Of a stretch of 64,000 bases of DNA, positions 41,495 through 55,034 are shown piece by piece (the first letter of the stretch is position 1; each line of letters begins with the position of its first letter). This stretch comes from the human T2T-CHM13v2.0 reference genome, Homo sapiens. A program made the translations under genes and the position numbers. Location: the NCBI RefSeq assembly GCF_009914755.1, contig NC_060929.1. One strand, given 5' to 3'. Below the pieces are notes generated by a model, which was not told the origin of the DNA, searched no databases, and worked only from the letters and a program-made list of their open reading frames with translations.

Positions 41495-41710
41495 CTACAG
41501 CCTCTCAGTAGTGCCCTGTGCTTCTCTTATAAGAGCATTTATCATGCAGTTTTGCCAGTGCTTGCTTAATTGTCTCCTTTCACAGACTTTAGGTTTCACG
41601 AATGTGAGGGAAAGTATATCTTATTTCATAATTGACCATCAATTTATCTCAGCTCCTATCAAAATGTGTGGCACATAGCAGGCTCCAATAAATAGTTTTC
41701 AATGAATGAA
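41495..41710 (+). mobile_element. L2 3' end
   Basis: tggcacatagcaggctccaataaatagttttcaatgaatgaa. Confidence 0.7.
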
Positions 41711-42134
41711 CACTTGTTACATGATAGTTTAGGGAAGACTTCCATTTGAATTTTAAACTGGTAAGTTGGCATTTAGATTTTATAAAGATTTTTTATTCTC
41801 CAAAGATAGCTTTTTTTTCAATAACCTACAAATCCATAGTAGAAAGAAGAAGGAGGCAACATTGATGTGAAGCAGAAACTGCGCTAGATATCAGGATAGG
41901 TGGGTGGGAGGCCCAGTTTGGGTACTACTCATTGTGGAGCCCTGAGGAAGTCACCCCATCTCTTTGAAATACATGTACCTTAGCTGTAAAGTGGGCATAA
42001 GAAACTTGAGCTAACTAATGTAAAGTTTATGTGTGTGTGCTTATGTGTATTTTTTTTTTAAACTAAGGTAGGTGATAGGCTAATAAAAGGGAGTATGGCA
42101 AAGTGAAAGTGGCAAGTAAGAATTTACTTCTAAG

Positions 42135-42490
<356 letters not shown>

Positions 42491-44324
42491 TCAGTCTCTG
42501 TTTAGTTCTAAAGCTTAGCTTTGTTATGGCCCTAATGCATGGTCAACTTTAAAAAGACCTGCAAACCAAAAAAAAAAAAAAAAATTAAAAAAAAAAAAAA
42601 CTCTCTAAGCCTGAAAAATCTCCAGATATTCCCAAATTGGGGAATATTCAGATTCATGTTTCTCTGAAGGACAGTGCAAGGTCATCTACAGTATCCACCA
42701 TCAATGTTTAACAACCTGTGGCTGGTGGACAAGCTACTTGAGATTCTCAGATGATAGAAATGGGTCAGGCCTATCAGCAGATGTGTTCGCATAGTAGGTT
42801 CACTTGATAGATGTCACCTTATCCTCCTAGACATTTCCTCTGCTGGAGAGCTCCATGTTCATCTTGAGATAGCCAAAAGTGGACAAGACTATTTTTTCCC
42901 ACTCCCAGCTGCTTTCAGCAAGACAGACAGACACTTCACCTCCTTAGCTCTGCTTCTCTCCAGTGCTGTGTACCTTAGGAAAAAAGCAGTAACTGGTTAT
43001 TGTAAAGTCACTATTATAAAATATTAAGGTCTTGAGGCCGTGTTCTAAATTAAACACAAGGAGGTTAAGAAGGAAAATCTTAATTAGAATTAAAAGTCAC
43101 AGTTAAAACAAGAAGTGTTACTTCTTCTAGACAACATATATTTGAATATTATTTTCCTGGAAAATTAATTTCACAGAATTTATTCTTTGCATGATATGCA
43201 AGTAGAGGTATAGACCACACACATGGCTAATAGTATACAATGGTCATGCAGGAAGCAGAAGATAGTTGTAAAATAGGTGTTTTGTAAAAACAAAAAAAAT
43301 AGTTATTTAACACTTGACCGTAACCCACTTAAATGTCCAGTGGAAGCAGTGACACTACATTGATACACACAACAGTACATTCGAGGAAAATAATTAAAAT
43401 GGTAAATGTCTTGAAATGCTAAGTAAACTACAGAAATAATAAAATTCCCTATTGCATTGTGGTACTTCCTATAAAGTCTGACGAGAGCAGTTTGCTTTAA
43501 ACAAGTAAAGAAAACTCTTTCACATTCTGGTAAGAAATTCCTTAGAGACAGAATTTAAAATAAAAATCACAATCCCCTTACTGGATAAAGCATATAATTT
43601 TCCTCCTTAGGTGCGTGAATTAAAAACAGCTGCCAAGCCTACTTAATTATGGGTGCTCAGAGTCAAACTAGACATGACAAATTTTCATTTTGATAGCAAC
43701 CACATCGAGTGTTTACTTAGCAAGTATGGATAATTATTCCAGTTCTTATTTGAATTTTTTTTCTGGAACTGGTTGCATATTGTTAATAAAGGCTGTGATC
43801 ACAGATCTCAGCATTTCAGAGCCTCTCTTTTTTCCCCATTTTTTTTTTGTGTGTGTATGTATGTGTGTGTTGAGACTTTTCTCTGAATTTAAAAAGTGAT
43901 TTCTCTACAACTGGTACACAAACACGAATTCTATCTCCAGAGAAACAGATGTATTAAAGTGTTGATGAAAAAACATTATTATGTTTTAGGCAGAGGTCTG
44001 AAAGTAAATGTCCTGGTCATCAACTCAGGGGATCACTTTGGTGACCAACAGTTCTCATTCTAGTTGTTTAGTCTTTACTGTGAAGGGCTGAATCCACAGC
44101 AGTGGTTCTAGGAGACTGTGAATTTAGGAACGGTAAGGGATGCAGATGCTCACAGGCAATCTGCTCATCTGTGGGACTGGCTTTCAGAGCAAGGAAGAAG
44201 GCAGAGCATCAGGTTCCTAAATTCACATATATGCAAATAACAACTTTCTATTATGGGAAGCAATTTCATTTTATTTATCTTGTTTGGACTTCACAACAAT
44301 AATTACTAAGATAGGAAAGAAATT

Positions 44325-44460
44325 CTTATCTCTATTTTTACAGATGAAGAGGCGAAGTCCCAGGGATGGTAAGTGTTTTGGTCAAATTAAACACCTATCA
44401 TACATTGGGTGCTAGATCTGAGGATCAGAACTCCTAGTGCAGGATTCTTTGCAGTGTGGC
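44325..44460 (-). mobile_element. MIR fragment
   Basis: tattttacagatgaagaggcgaagtcccagggatggtaagtg. Confidence 0.6.
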
Positions 44461-44540
44461 TATAACTTCTGGTATCTTACTGGGGTGGCATGGTGCCTTG
44501 GAGCTACCAGATAAAGGGAGAATCAGGAGGACATGTTTTA

Positions 44541-44725
44541 TAGTTTCCAGATAAAATATAGGACACCCAGTTAAATTTGAACTTCAGATAAACAAGAAAT
44601 ATTTTTCTAAATGTAAATATGTCCATGCCATATTTGGGACATATACTAAAATTATTCATTGTTTATCTGAAGTTCAGGTGTACCTGGGCATCCTATATTT
44701 CTATTTGCTGAATCTGACAATCCCA
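44541..44725. mobile_element. MER53 palindromic MITE
   Basis: ccagataaaatataggacacccagttaaatttgaacttcagataaaca; perfect 18-bp inverted arms 44578-44595 / 44659-44676. Confidence 0.88.
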
Positions 44726-46414
44726 ATCTGTTTTCCTTTCTGATTGGGCAACCCAAGTTAAAAAGTTAAAAATACCTTAGGGCAAGATGACCAACTGGAC
44801 TCAGCCAGGTGGAAGATCTGCCACCAAGGGACCAAGACAGCTGGCATACTTCCAACAGATCTTCAGAGGGAAGGCACCACCAGTGGACAGAGGGAAGACA
44901 CTGAAGTGGGCTGAATGGGGAGGAAGCTGGGAACCCTACATGGAGCTAGAGGCTACCATGCACCAGTACTCATGCCTGATCCCCAATGACTCCAGAGGAA
45001 TGGGTGAGTTGAGCTGGCAAGGAGCAACTTGCCCTCATCAAGGCCTCTCTGGGACCCCAGCAGACGGAGACCCCTTGACCACTATGGACACTCAAGTTGT
45101 CAGGGAGAGCTGCTTAGAAAAGTGGTAGGGGCAACAAGCCAGTTGATGTAGAGCCCAGAGCATCTATAGTGGAGCATGCTCAGGGATTGCCAACTCCCCT
45201 TGGCTCGACTTGCTCCCATAGGAGACTAGCCCTATGGGAGCTGTGGGGCGTGAACTCTGCAGGGTAGTCTTGCCTATCAGATGGGGCTAGTGTGACTCAA
45301 GCACCCCTTGGTCTGCTGGCCCGTTCTGGGGCCCAAGTCTGGCCACGCCTGCTTGCAGGGCAGCCTCGGATGCCCCAGGGGCTCACATCACAGCTCTTGC
45401 CCTGGCAAACCATGCCTGACTGGTGAAGAGCTCCAGTGGGGCAGCCCATGCACCAACCCATGCACCAGTTCATCCATTCCCACCCCACACTGCAGCTTCC
45501 CCCAGGCCCACAGCAACTCCCCACATCACTTTGCCAACATGTGTGTGGATGGGTAGCTTCTTCCTTCCTTGCCCCACTAACATGTGTGTATGTGTACATC
45601 TTGTCCTGCCTCCACTGACCACCATTGCAGTCGGAGGCTTGGTGGGCAAAGAGCCTGCCAGCCAGGCCCTTGCCAGTGCCCCACCCTTGTGCCAACACTA
45701 TTGTAGGAATGAAACTAGGCACAGAGAACAGTGGACCCTCCCCCACCCACTCTGAGCAACCGCCTCTGCCTGTGGCACACAGAGAATGCACACAGACCTG
45801 CGCCTGCCAGCACCCTGTCCCTGTGCCAACACCGCCACCAGCATGACTGTGTGCAGTCACCAGCAGGGGAACCCTGCCCCCCTGCCCCACTCCTGAGCTG
45901 CGTTGCCTCTGCCATTGTGGTGAATGCCAGCATGGAGGCAGGCACCCCAGCACCCACTAGCACCCTGTTGCAGCTGACAAGCATGCACCCCACTGCACCA
46001 TGCTGCCATTGCTGCTGCTGCTGGCACGTTCTGGGGCCCAAGTCTGGTTTGCTGGTGCAAACGAGGATGGATACCACTGTCACTGAACTAGGAAATGCTT
46101 TGGCTGATACTACCCATCGGAGTGTAATGACCAGTGGTCAGGGAGTCCCTCAGCCACTCTAAGTCAGTGAATTCCTACCCTTGAGGAGCCAGAGAACAAA
46201 GTCAGGGCCCAGTACAAGTTCCCCAGGGTTAGAGCATGCAGTACAGGAATTGGGAGTTGAGAACTGGCCCCCTAAAACCTTCCAGAAATGAAGCCAGTTG
46301 GCTGAATCCATCTTATACCATGATGAAACCCTCAAGGTCATCAAATAAGTTAAAAGAAAAAAAAACCCCAAAGATTAGCAACTTCAAAGATTGAAGGAAC
46401 ATCAGCTCACAAAG

Positions 46415-47406
46415 ATGAGAAAGGACCAGCACCAGAACTCTGACAACTCAAAAAGTCAAGAGTGTTTTCTTCCTCCAAATGACCAACTCTCCAGCAAGGG
46501 TTCTGGATCAGGCTTAGATGGCTGAAATGACAAAAATAGAATTCAGCACATGGATAGGAACAAAAATCATTGAGATGCCAGAATACATTGAAACCCAATC
46601 CAAAAAAGCTAAGAATAAATTAAAATAATGCAGGAGCTGACAGACAAAATAGCCAGTATAGAAAAGAACATAACCAACTTGATAGAGCTGAAAAACACAC
46701 TACAAGAATTTCATAATGCAATCACAAGTATTAATAGCAGAATAGGCCAATGGGAGGATAGAATCTTAGAGCTTGAAGACTGGCTTTCTGAAATAAGACA
46801 CAGACAAGAATAGAGAAAAATAAAAAGGAATGAATAAAATCTCTGAGAAATATGGCATCATGTAAAGACACCAAATCTACAACTCGCTGGTGTCCCGGAA
46901 AGAGATGGGGAGAGTGCAAAAAACTTGGAAAACATATTTCATGATATCATCCATGAGAACTTCCCCAACCTAGCTAGAGAGGCCAACATTCAAATTCAGG
47001 AACTGCAAAGAACCCTAGTAAGAACTTCACAAGAAGATGATTCCCAAGACACTTAATCATCAGATTCTCTAAGGTTAAAATGAAAGAAAAACTGTTAAAG
47101 GAAGCTAGAGAGAAAGGTCAGGTTGCCTACAAAGAGAAGCCCATCAGAATAACAGCCGACCTCTCAGCAGAAACCCTACAAGCCGGAAGAAATCAGAGGT
47201 TGATATTCAACATGTTAAAAAACATTCCAATAAAGAATTTTATATCTGGCCAAACTAAGCTTCGTAGGTGAAGGAGAAATAAGATCCTTTTGAGACAAGC
47301 AAATGCTGAGGGAATTTATTATCACCAGATAACCGCTGCCTTAAAAGAATTCCTGAAGGAAGCCATAAATATGGAAAGGAAAGATCATTACCAGCCACTA
47401 CAATAA
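46415..47406 (+). pseudogene. L1 ORF1p remnant
   Basis: Coiled-coil fragment ELKNTLQEFHNAITSINSRI and CTD fragment MKEKLLKEAREKGQVAYKEKPIRITADLSAETLQA; several stops. Confidence 0.9.
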
Positions 47407-47481
47407 CACACTGAAGTACATAGACCAGTGACACTATAAGGCAACCACACAAACAAGTCTGCATAATAACCAGCTAACATC

Positions 47482-50400
47482 ATGATGACAGGATCAAATC
47501 CACACATATCAATAATAACCTTGAATGTAAATGGGCCATATGCCCCAATTAAAAGACACAGAGTGGCAAGCTGGAGAAAGAACCAAGAGTCTTTGGGATA
47601 CTGTCCTCAAGAGATCCAGATCACATGCAGTGACACACATAGGCTCAAAATAAAGGGATGGAAAAAAATCTATCAATCAAATGGAAAACAGAAACAAGCA
47701 GGGGTTACAATTACAATTTCAGACAAGACAGACTTTAAACCAACAAAAATAACAATATAAAAGAAGGGCATTACATAATGGCAAAGGGTTCAATTTAACA
47801 AGAAGACCTAACTATCCTAAATATATATGCACCCAACACAGGAGCACCCAGATTCATGAAGTAAATTCTTAGAGAACTTTGAAGAGACTTGGACTCCCAC
47901 ACAATAATAGTGGGAAACTTCAACATCCTACTGACAGTATTAGACAGATCATTGAGGCAGAAAATTAACGAAGATATTCAGGACCTAAACTGAGCCCTGG
48001 ACCAAGTGGACCTGATAGTTATCTACAAAATTCTCCACCCAAAACACCAGAATATACATTCTTCTCATTGTTACATGGCACATACTCTAAAATTGATCAA
48101 ATAATTGGACATAAAATACTCCTCAGACAGTGCAAAAGAACTGAAATCATAACACTCTCTCAGACCACAGCACAATCAAATTAGAAACCAAGACTAAGAA
48201 ATTAGCTCAAAACCATACAATTACATGAAATTGAATAATCTGCTCCTGAATGACTTTTGGGTAAATAGTGAAATTAAGGCAGAAATCAGGAAGTTCTTCA
48301 AAACTAATGAGAACAAAGATACAACATACTAGAATCTCTGGGACATGGTTAAGGCAGTGTTAAGAGGGAAATTTATAGCACTAAAAGGCCACATCAAAAA
48401 GTTAGATAGATCTCAATTTAACATCCTAACATCACAGCTAAAAAGCTAGAGAACCAAAAGCAAGCCAATCCCAAAGCTAGCAGAAGACAAGAAAGAACCA
48501 AAATCAGGGCTGAACTGAAGAAGACTGAGACATGAAGAACCATTCAAAAGATCAACAAATCCAGGAGCTGGTTCTTTGAAAAAAATTAATAAAATAGATA
48601 GACCACAAGTTAGACTAAAGAAGGAGAGAGAAGAACCATATAAACACAATTAGAAATGCCAAAGGGGATATTACCACTGACCCCCACAGAAATACAAATC
48701 ACCATCAGAGAATATTATGAACACCTCTGTGCACATAAACTAGAAAATCTAGAAGAAATGGATGAATTCCTGGACACATATACCCTCCGAATATTGAGCC
48801 AGGAAGAAATTGAATTTCTGAAAAAAACCAATGATGATCTCTAAAACTGAATCAGTGATAAATTGCCTACCAACAACAACAAAAGCCCAGGAGCAGAAGG
48901 GTTTACAGTCAAATTCTACCAGATGTACTAATATGAACTCGTATCATTTCTGAGGAAACTATTCCAAAAAATTGAGGAGGAGGGACTCCTTCCTAATTCA
49001 TTCTATGAGGCCAGCATCCTCCTGATACCAAAACCTGGCAGAGACACAATAAAAGATAACTTCAGGCCAATATCCTTGATGAACACTGATGCAAAAATCC
49101 TAAACAAAATACTGGCAAACCAAATCCAGCAGAACATCAAAAAGCTTATCTACCGTGATGCAAGGTTGGTTCAACATTCGTATATTGATAAATGTGATTC
49201 ATCATCTAAACAGTATTAAAGACAAAAACTACATGATTATCTCAATAGATGCAGAAAAGGCTTTCAATAAAATTCTACAAACCCTCATGTTAAAAATTCT
49301 CAATAAACTAGGTATTGAAAAAAATAGCTCAAAATAATAAGAGCCATCTATATGACAAATCCATAGCCAACATCATAATGAATGGGCAAAAACCTGAAAC
49401 ATTTCCCTTGAAGACTGGCACAAGACAAGGCTGCCCTCTCTCACCACTCCTATTCAAAATAGTACTGGAAGTCCTGGCCAGAGCAATCGAGCAAGAGAAA
49501 GAAATAAAGGGCGTTCAAATAGGAAGACAGGAAGTCAGACTATCCCTGTTTGCAGATGACACAATCCTTTACATAAAAAACCCCTTAATCTCAGCCCAAA
49601 AGCTTTTTAAGCTGATAAACAACTTCAGCAAAATCTCAGGTTACAAAATTAATGTGCAAAAATTACTAACATTCATATATAGCAAAAACAGTCAAGGTGA
49701 GAGCTAAATCAGGAATGCAGTGCTATTCACAATTGCCACAAAAAGTATAAAATACCTAGGAAAACAGCTAACCAGGGAGATGAAAGATCTCTACAAGGAG
49801 AACTACAAAACACTGCTCAAAGAAATCAGGAATGACAAACAAAATGGAAAAACAACAGAACAACAAATGAAGAAACATTCCATGTTAATGTATAGGAAGA
49901 ATCAATATCAATAAAATGGCCACACTGCCCAAGGCAATTTATAGATGCAATGCTATTCCTATTAAACTACTAGTGACATTCTTCATAGAACAGAAAAAAT
50001 GGTTTTGAAATTCATATGGAACAAAAAAAGAGCCTGGATAGCCAAGGCAATCGTAAGTAAACAGAACAAAGCTGGAGGCATCACGCTATCCGACTTTATA
50101 TTACAGAGCTACAGTAACCAAAAGAGCATGGTACTGGTACAAAAACAGACACATAGACCAACAGAACAGGATAGAGATCCCAGAAATAAGGCCACACACC
50201 TACAATTATCTGATATTTGACAAAACTGACAAAAACAAGCAATGGGGAAAGAAATCCCTATTCAAAAAATGGTACTAGGATAACTAGGTAGCCATATGCA
50301 GAAGATTGAAACTGGATCTCCTTTTTACATCATATACAAAATTTAACTCATGATGGATTAAAGTCCTCAAACTATAAAAACCCCGGAAGACAATCTAGAC

Positions 50401-51270
50401 AATACCATTCTGGACATAGGAAAGGGCAGATATTTCAAGATGAAGATGCCAAAAGCAATTGCAACAAAAGCGAAAGTTGGCAAATGGGATCTAATTAAAC
50501 TAAAGAGCTTTTGCACAGCAAAATAAACTATAAACAGAGTAAACAGACAACCTACAGAATGGGAGAAAGTTTTTGCAAACTATGCGTCTGACAAAGGTCT
50601 AATATCCAGCATCTCTAAGGAATTTAAATTTATAAGAATAAAACAACCCCATTAAATAGTGGGCAAAGGACATGAACAGACACTTTTCAAAAGAAGACAT
50701 GCATGTAGCCAACGAGCATATGAAAAAAAGCTCAGCATCACTGATGGTTAGAGAAATGTAAATGAAAATCATAATGAGATACCACCTCACACCAGTCAGG
50801 ATGGCTGTTATTAAAAAGTAAAAAAATAACAGATGCTGGTGAGGTTGCAGAGAAAAAGAAACACTTATACACTGTTGGTGGGAGCCTAAATTAGTTCAAC
50901 CATTGTGGAAAACAGTGTTGCAATTCCTGAAAGATCTAAAAATAGAACTACTATTCGATCCAGCAATCCCATTACCCAAAGTTAATATAAATCATTCAGT
51001 CATCAAGACACATGAACACATATATTCATTGTTGCACTATTCACAATAGCAAAGACATGGAATCAACCTTAGTGCCTATCAATGGTAGACTGGATAAAGA
51101 AAACTTGGTACATATACACCATAGAATACTATGCAGCCATAAAAAACAATGAGATCACATCCTTTGCAGGAATATGGATGGAGATGGAGGCTGTTAGGCT
51201 TAGCAAACTATCACAGGAACAGAAAAACCAGATAAATACCATATGTTCTTACTTATAAGTTGGAGCTAAA
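47482..51270 (+). pseudogene. L1 ORF2p (endonuclease/RT) remnant
   Basis: MTGSNPHISIITLNVNG (EN start), [13 protein letters not shown] and LSLFADD (RT); many stops, frameshifts and small deletions. Confidence 0.93.
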
Positions 51271-51732
51271 TGGTGAGAACACATGGACACATAGAGGGGA
51301 ACAACAGACGCTGGGGCCTGTGGAGGGATGGAGGGTGGCAGGAGAGAAGGAATCAGGAAAAGTAACTAATGAGTACTAGGCTTAATACCTGGGTGATGAA
51401 ATAATCTGTACAACAAACCCCACAACACACGTTTACCTATGTAACAAACTTGCACGTGTACCCTTGAACTTAAAATCAAAGTTAAAAAAAGAATAATGCA
51501 CCTTAAACCTACAAATTAGCAAACTGTTTTAGGCAAGAAAGTTTTATAAAGTAAAGAAAAAAAAGTTGAAAATGCCAACATCTTGCAGTACAACCTCTGG
51601 GTGGAATTATGTCCCCCATAAAAAATACGTTGGAGTTCTAACTCCCATTTGTACCACAGAATGTGACCTCATTTGAAAATAGAGTCTTTACAGAGGTAAT
51701 CGAATTAAAGTGAAATTCATTAAATGGGCCCT

Positions 51733-52505
51733 TGATATAGTTTGGTTATGTGTCCCCTCTAAATTTCATGTTGAAATGTAATCCCCAGTGTTGGCGGTGG
51801 GGCCCAGTGGAAGGTATCTGGGCCCTGAGGGAGGATCCCTTATGGCTTGGTGCTGTCATTATGGTGAGTGAGTTCTCACTAGGTCTGGTTATTGCAAAGT
51901 GGGGTACCTCCCCCACTGCCTTCTCTTGTTCCTTTTCTCACCATGTGGGAAGCCTGCTCCCTCTTTGCATTCAACCATGAGTAAAAACCTAAGACCTCTC
52001 CAGAAGCAGATGCTGGTGCTATGCTTCCTGTACAGCCTGCAGAACCATGAGCCAATTAAACCTCTTTTCTTATACATTATGCAGTGATATGGTTTGGCTG
52101 TGTTCCCACTCAAATCTCATCTTGAATTGTACTCCCATAATTCCCATGTGTTGTGGGAGGGACCCAGTGGGAGATGATTGAATCATGCATGCGGTTCCCC
52201 CATACTGTTCTCATGGTAGTGAATAAACCTCACGAGATCTGACGGCTTCATCAGGGGTTTCTGCTTTTGCATCGTCCTCATTCTCTCTTTGCCTGCTGCC
52301 ATCTATGTAAGATGGGACTTGCTCCTCCTTGCCTTCTGTCACGATTGTGAGGCTTCCCCGGCCACATGGAACTGTAAGTCCAATTAAACCTCTTTCTTTT
52401 GTAAATTGCCCAGTCTTGGGTATGTCTTTATCAGCAGCATGAAAACAAACTAATACATGCAGTCTCCGGTATTTCGTTATAGCAATGTAAGAATGGCCTA
52501 ATACA
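51733..52505 (+). mobile_element. MSTB-like LTR interrupted by THE1
   Basis: tgatatagtttgg...ctaataca; TSD GCCCT at 51728-51732 and 52506-52510. Confidence 0.9.
52085..52457 (+). mobile_element. THE1A/B solo LTR
   Basis: tgatatggtttggctgtg...aactaataca; TSD TGCAG at 52080-52084 and 52458-52462. Confidence 0.93.
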
Positions 52506-53789
52506 GCCCTAAGCTAATATGACTGGCATCCTCACAAAAAGGGACAATTTAGACCACAGACAGACATGCACACAGGGAAGAAGCTGTGAAGACACACAGG
52601 GAGAAGGCAGGCCATGTGATTGCAGTGATGCATCTACAAGCTGAGGATCACCAAAGATTGCCACAAAACACCAGAAGCTAGACGTCAAGGCAGATTTCTC
52701 TCCTAAAACCATGAGAGAGAGCATGGCCCTGCTGGCACCTTGATTTTGGACGTCTAACCTCCAGAACTGTGAGACAATAAATTTCTGTTGTTTTAAGCCA
52801 CACAGTTTTGAGGACTTTGTTATGGCAGCCCTAGGAAACGAATATGCCCAATATAAGTGGCCTATAATTTACATCTCTTACCTTCTCATTCTTACAGGCT
52901 GAAATTCTGAGACACCTCCTGGTCGTACTTAGTGTATATATTTTCACTTAGAAACCGATTTGAATGTTGCAAAGGCCTATGCTGCCTGTTAAGCATTGTA
53001 ATCATGTTGAATCACTATGATTTTATATTATTGCTCCATCCAACGTCTTCTTGGGGCTTCGGATCCTCCTTCCTTTCTGTACCCACACATGAATGATTCT
53101 TCTCCCATTTGAAAATATTGTCCACGTGTCACACCACAATGTGTAAAAGAGATTAACCAGGGAGGATCACAAACAAACTGGTTTGAGCCTTAGTCACAAG
53201 TCTGAGCAAAATCTCCCCTCAAATTCCAACTAGTTTTCAAAATATCTGGTATTTTAGAATGGCATAATCAGAGCCATAAGAGGGTGCAAAATGTGGCAAC
53301 AGGAAGTAGCAGGGATCAAGGTACCTCTGGTTTAATGACACTGTTCTGTGTAGCACTGCTTCTGCTCTGTTGTAAGTCTAGTCAGTCTGAGTTCAAAAAT
53401 GCTGAGCAAATTACACCATGCAGTGCCCCAGCAACCAAGTAATGGCTTGGATTGCTTTGTTCATTAAAATATCATTTCTTTTTTTCCTCCTCATTGAAGC
53501 TTAATGGAGAGGGAGCTTCCTTTGAAGTTAACACATGGCAAGAAACAAGATAGGCATAGTCATCTTCTGTGTCCCTTGCCCTCCCATTACCTCGGAATCA
53601 CAGAAAGACACACATGAAGCACATTTTATCAAATCTATACGAACAAGTTGATGACTAGGGACATTATAATCCTGAAAGACTGCTGAGTGCCACAGAATCA
53701 TCCACACTATTATTAAGCTTGAGACTATGTGAGATTTGCTCAGAGTTGGCAGGCTCCCTTGTAAGGCATTCAGCCCATCATCTTCCCGG

Positions 53790-54212
53790 CAGGCATCCCT
53801 GAACTTCCAGCCCAGGCACTTGTCTTGTATTTGCTCTTGTCTGCTTGTTCTGCTGCTCTGCAGATCTTCCCCATCATTCTGGTCTCAGCTCGGATGTCGC
53901 TTCACCAGGGGTCTTTTTGAATTCCCTTCATTCTCCTTTCTTTTTCCATTGCTTTGTCTTTATTACCCTGTTCTTTCTTCTCATTGCACTTATTACTTCT
54001 ACAATTTTTGTTTGTATATTTGCAAATATATGTTACAATTCTCACAAATATATATATACACACATATACAATTCATGCAAATATACATATACAATACAAT
54101 TGCATATACAATTCTCATTTGTATATTTGTATATTCGTCGCCACTCTCCAGCATAATGGAAAGCTCCACAAAGGCACCTAGCTTCCCATCCATATGTATT
54201 TGCTGAATGAAC
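53790..54212 (+). mobile_element. Diverged L2 3' end with AT-rich insert
   Basis: Pyrimidine-rich body, tggaaagctccacaaaggca, ending tatttgctgaatgaa. Confidence 0.55.
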
Positions 54213-54399
54213 ACACAAATAAATGCTTACTAGCTCTGTGACAATGATAAATATTGGGTTGTCTCATATGTAAAATTGGGACAAAAATGGTCTTATAAGG
54301 ATACGAGAAGAATTAAATCAGATAATGATTCTAACAGCAAGAACTTGTATCTTTTATTTATTTTAATTTTTATAGGAGCTTTTGAAATTAAGTACTAAA

Positions 54400-54530
54400 A
54401 TACTACCTCCATTTTACAACAGGAGAACCAAGGTTCAGAGAGGTGAATTAATTTTCCAAAGGCCACAGAGCTGGCAAATGTTACAGCCAGCATTTGGACC
54501 CAGGGTTCCAGATTTCACAACCCTTAAGCT
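54400..54530 (-). mobile_element. MIR
   Basis: ctccattttacaacaggagaaccaaggttcagagaggtgaattaattttccaaaggccacagagct. Confidence 0.8.
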
Positions 54531-55034
54531 GTTTTTCCAAATTGCTGACAAGCGATACAGAAACAACTTGAGAAATTACAAGGATATTCAGGTCTGGATT
54601 CCGTTTCTTCTATTCTGGCCCCTGTCTAATCTAAGTCTTGTCTTAGTAGAAAAGTTCTGGGGACAGGACAAAATGGGAACAAATCCTAGAAACTGGGATC
54701 AGCATATTTATGAGAGAAAAAGAGAAAATAGCAAGATTTATTTTATGAAACAAATTTCTATGGGCTAATATTTAAAGATATATTTTGGAATTTTGCAAAA
54801 CCTGCCATATTTGAATGAGTTAGAGAAAGGATGTAGATACAAAGGAAAAGTATTATGCAATTTTGGGAGATGTGATGTGTTGACCTAGTGAAGCCTATAA
54901 ACCAGTCACATAAAACCACATGAGCTAGTATTTCCACCTATTTCTAATGATCGAAAACACATTTAACAATGAAAGTCACTCAGTGTTTCTGAATAGATAA
55001 GTTAGATGGTGATGATGATGAGATAGTTCAATGT

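Larger units (their letters stand above)
44780..51490 (+). mobile_element. Full-length, inactivated LINE-1 (L1PA13-16 class)
   Basis: 5' end gggcaagatgaccaactgg, GC-rich 5'UTR, ORF1 and ORF2 remnants, G-rich 3'UTR and A-tail; TT/AAAA target site at 44758-44763. Confidence 0.95.
51594..52846 (+). mobile_element. MLT1B-like LTR, host of the nested MST and THE1
   Basis: 5' part agaatgtgacctcatttgaaaatagagtc...atgggccct resumes at 52506 gccctaagctaatatgactggcatcc, running to gcagccctaggaaac. Confidence 0.88.

Noticed and set aside
44787-46371. Long overlapping ORFs (up to 218 aa) on both strands
   Set aside because: They lie in the GC-rich L1 5'UTR, where stops are scarce; they are Cys/Pro/Gly-rich with no recognisable domain.
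47482-50220. Reverse transcriptase/endonuclease ORFs as a novel retro-system
   Set aside because: They are ordinary fragmented LINE-1 ORF2.
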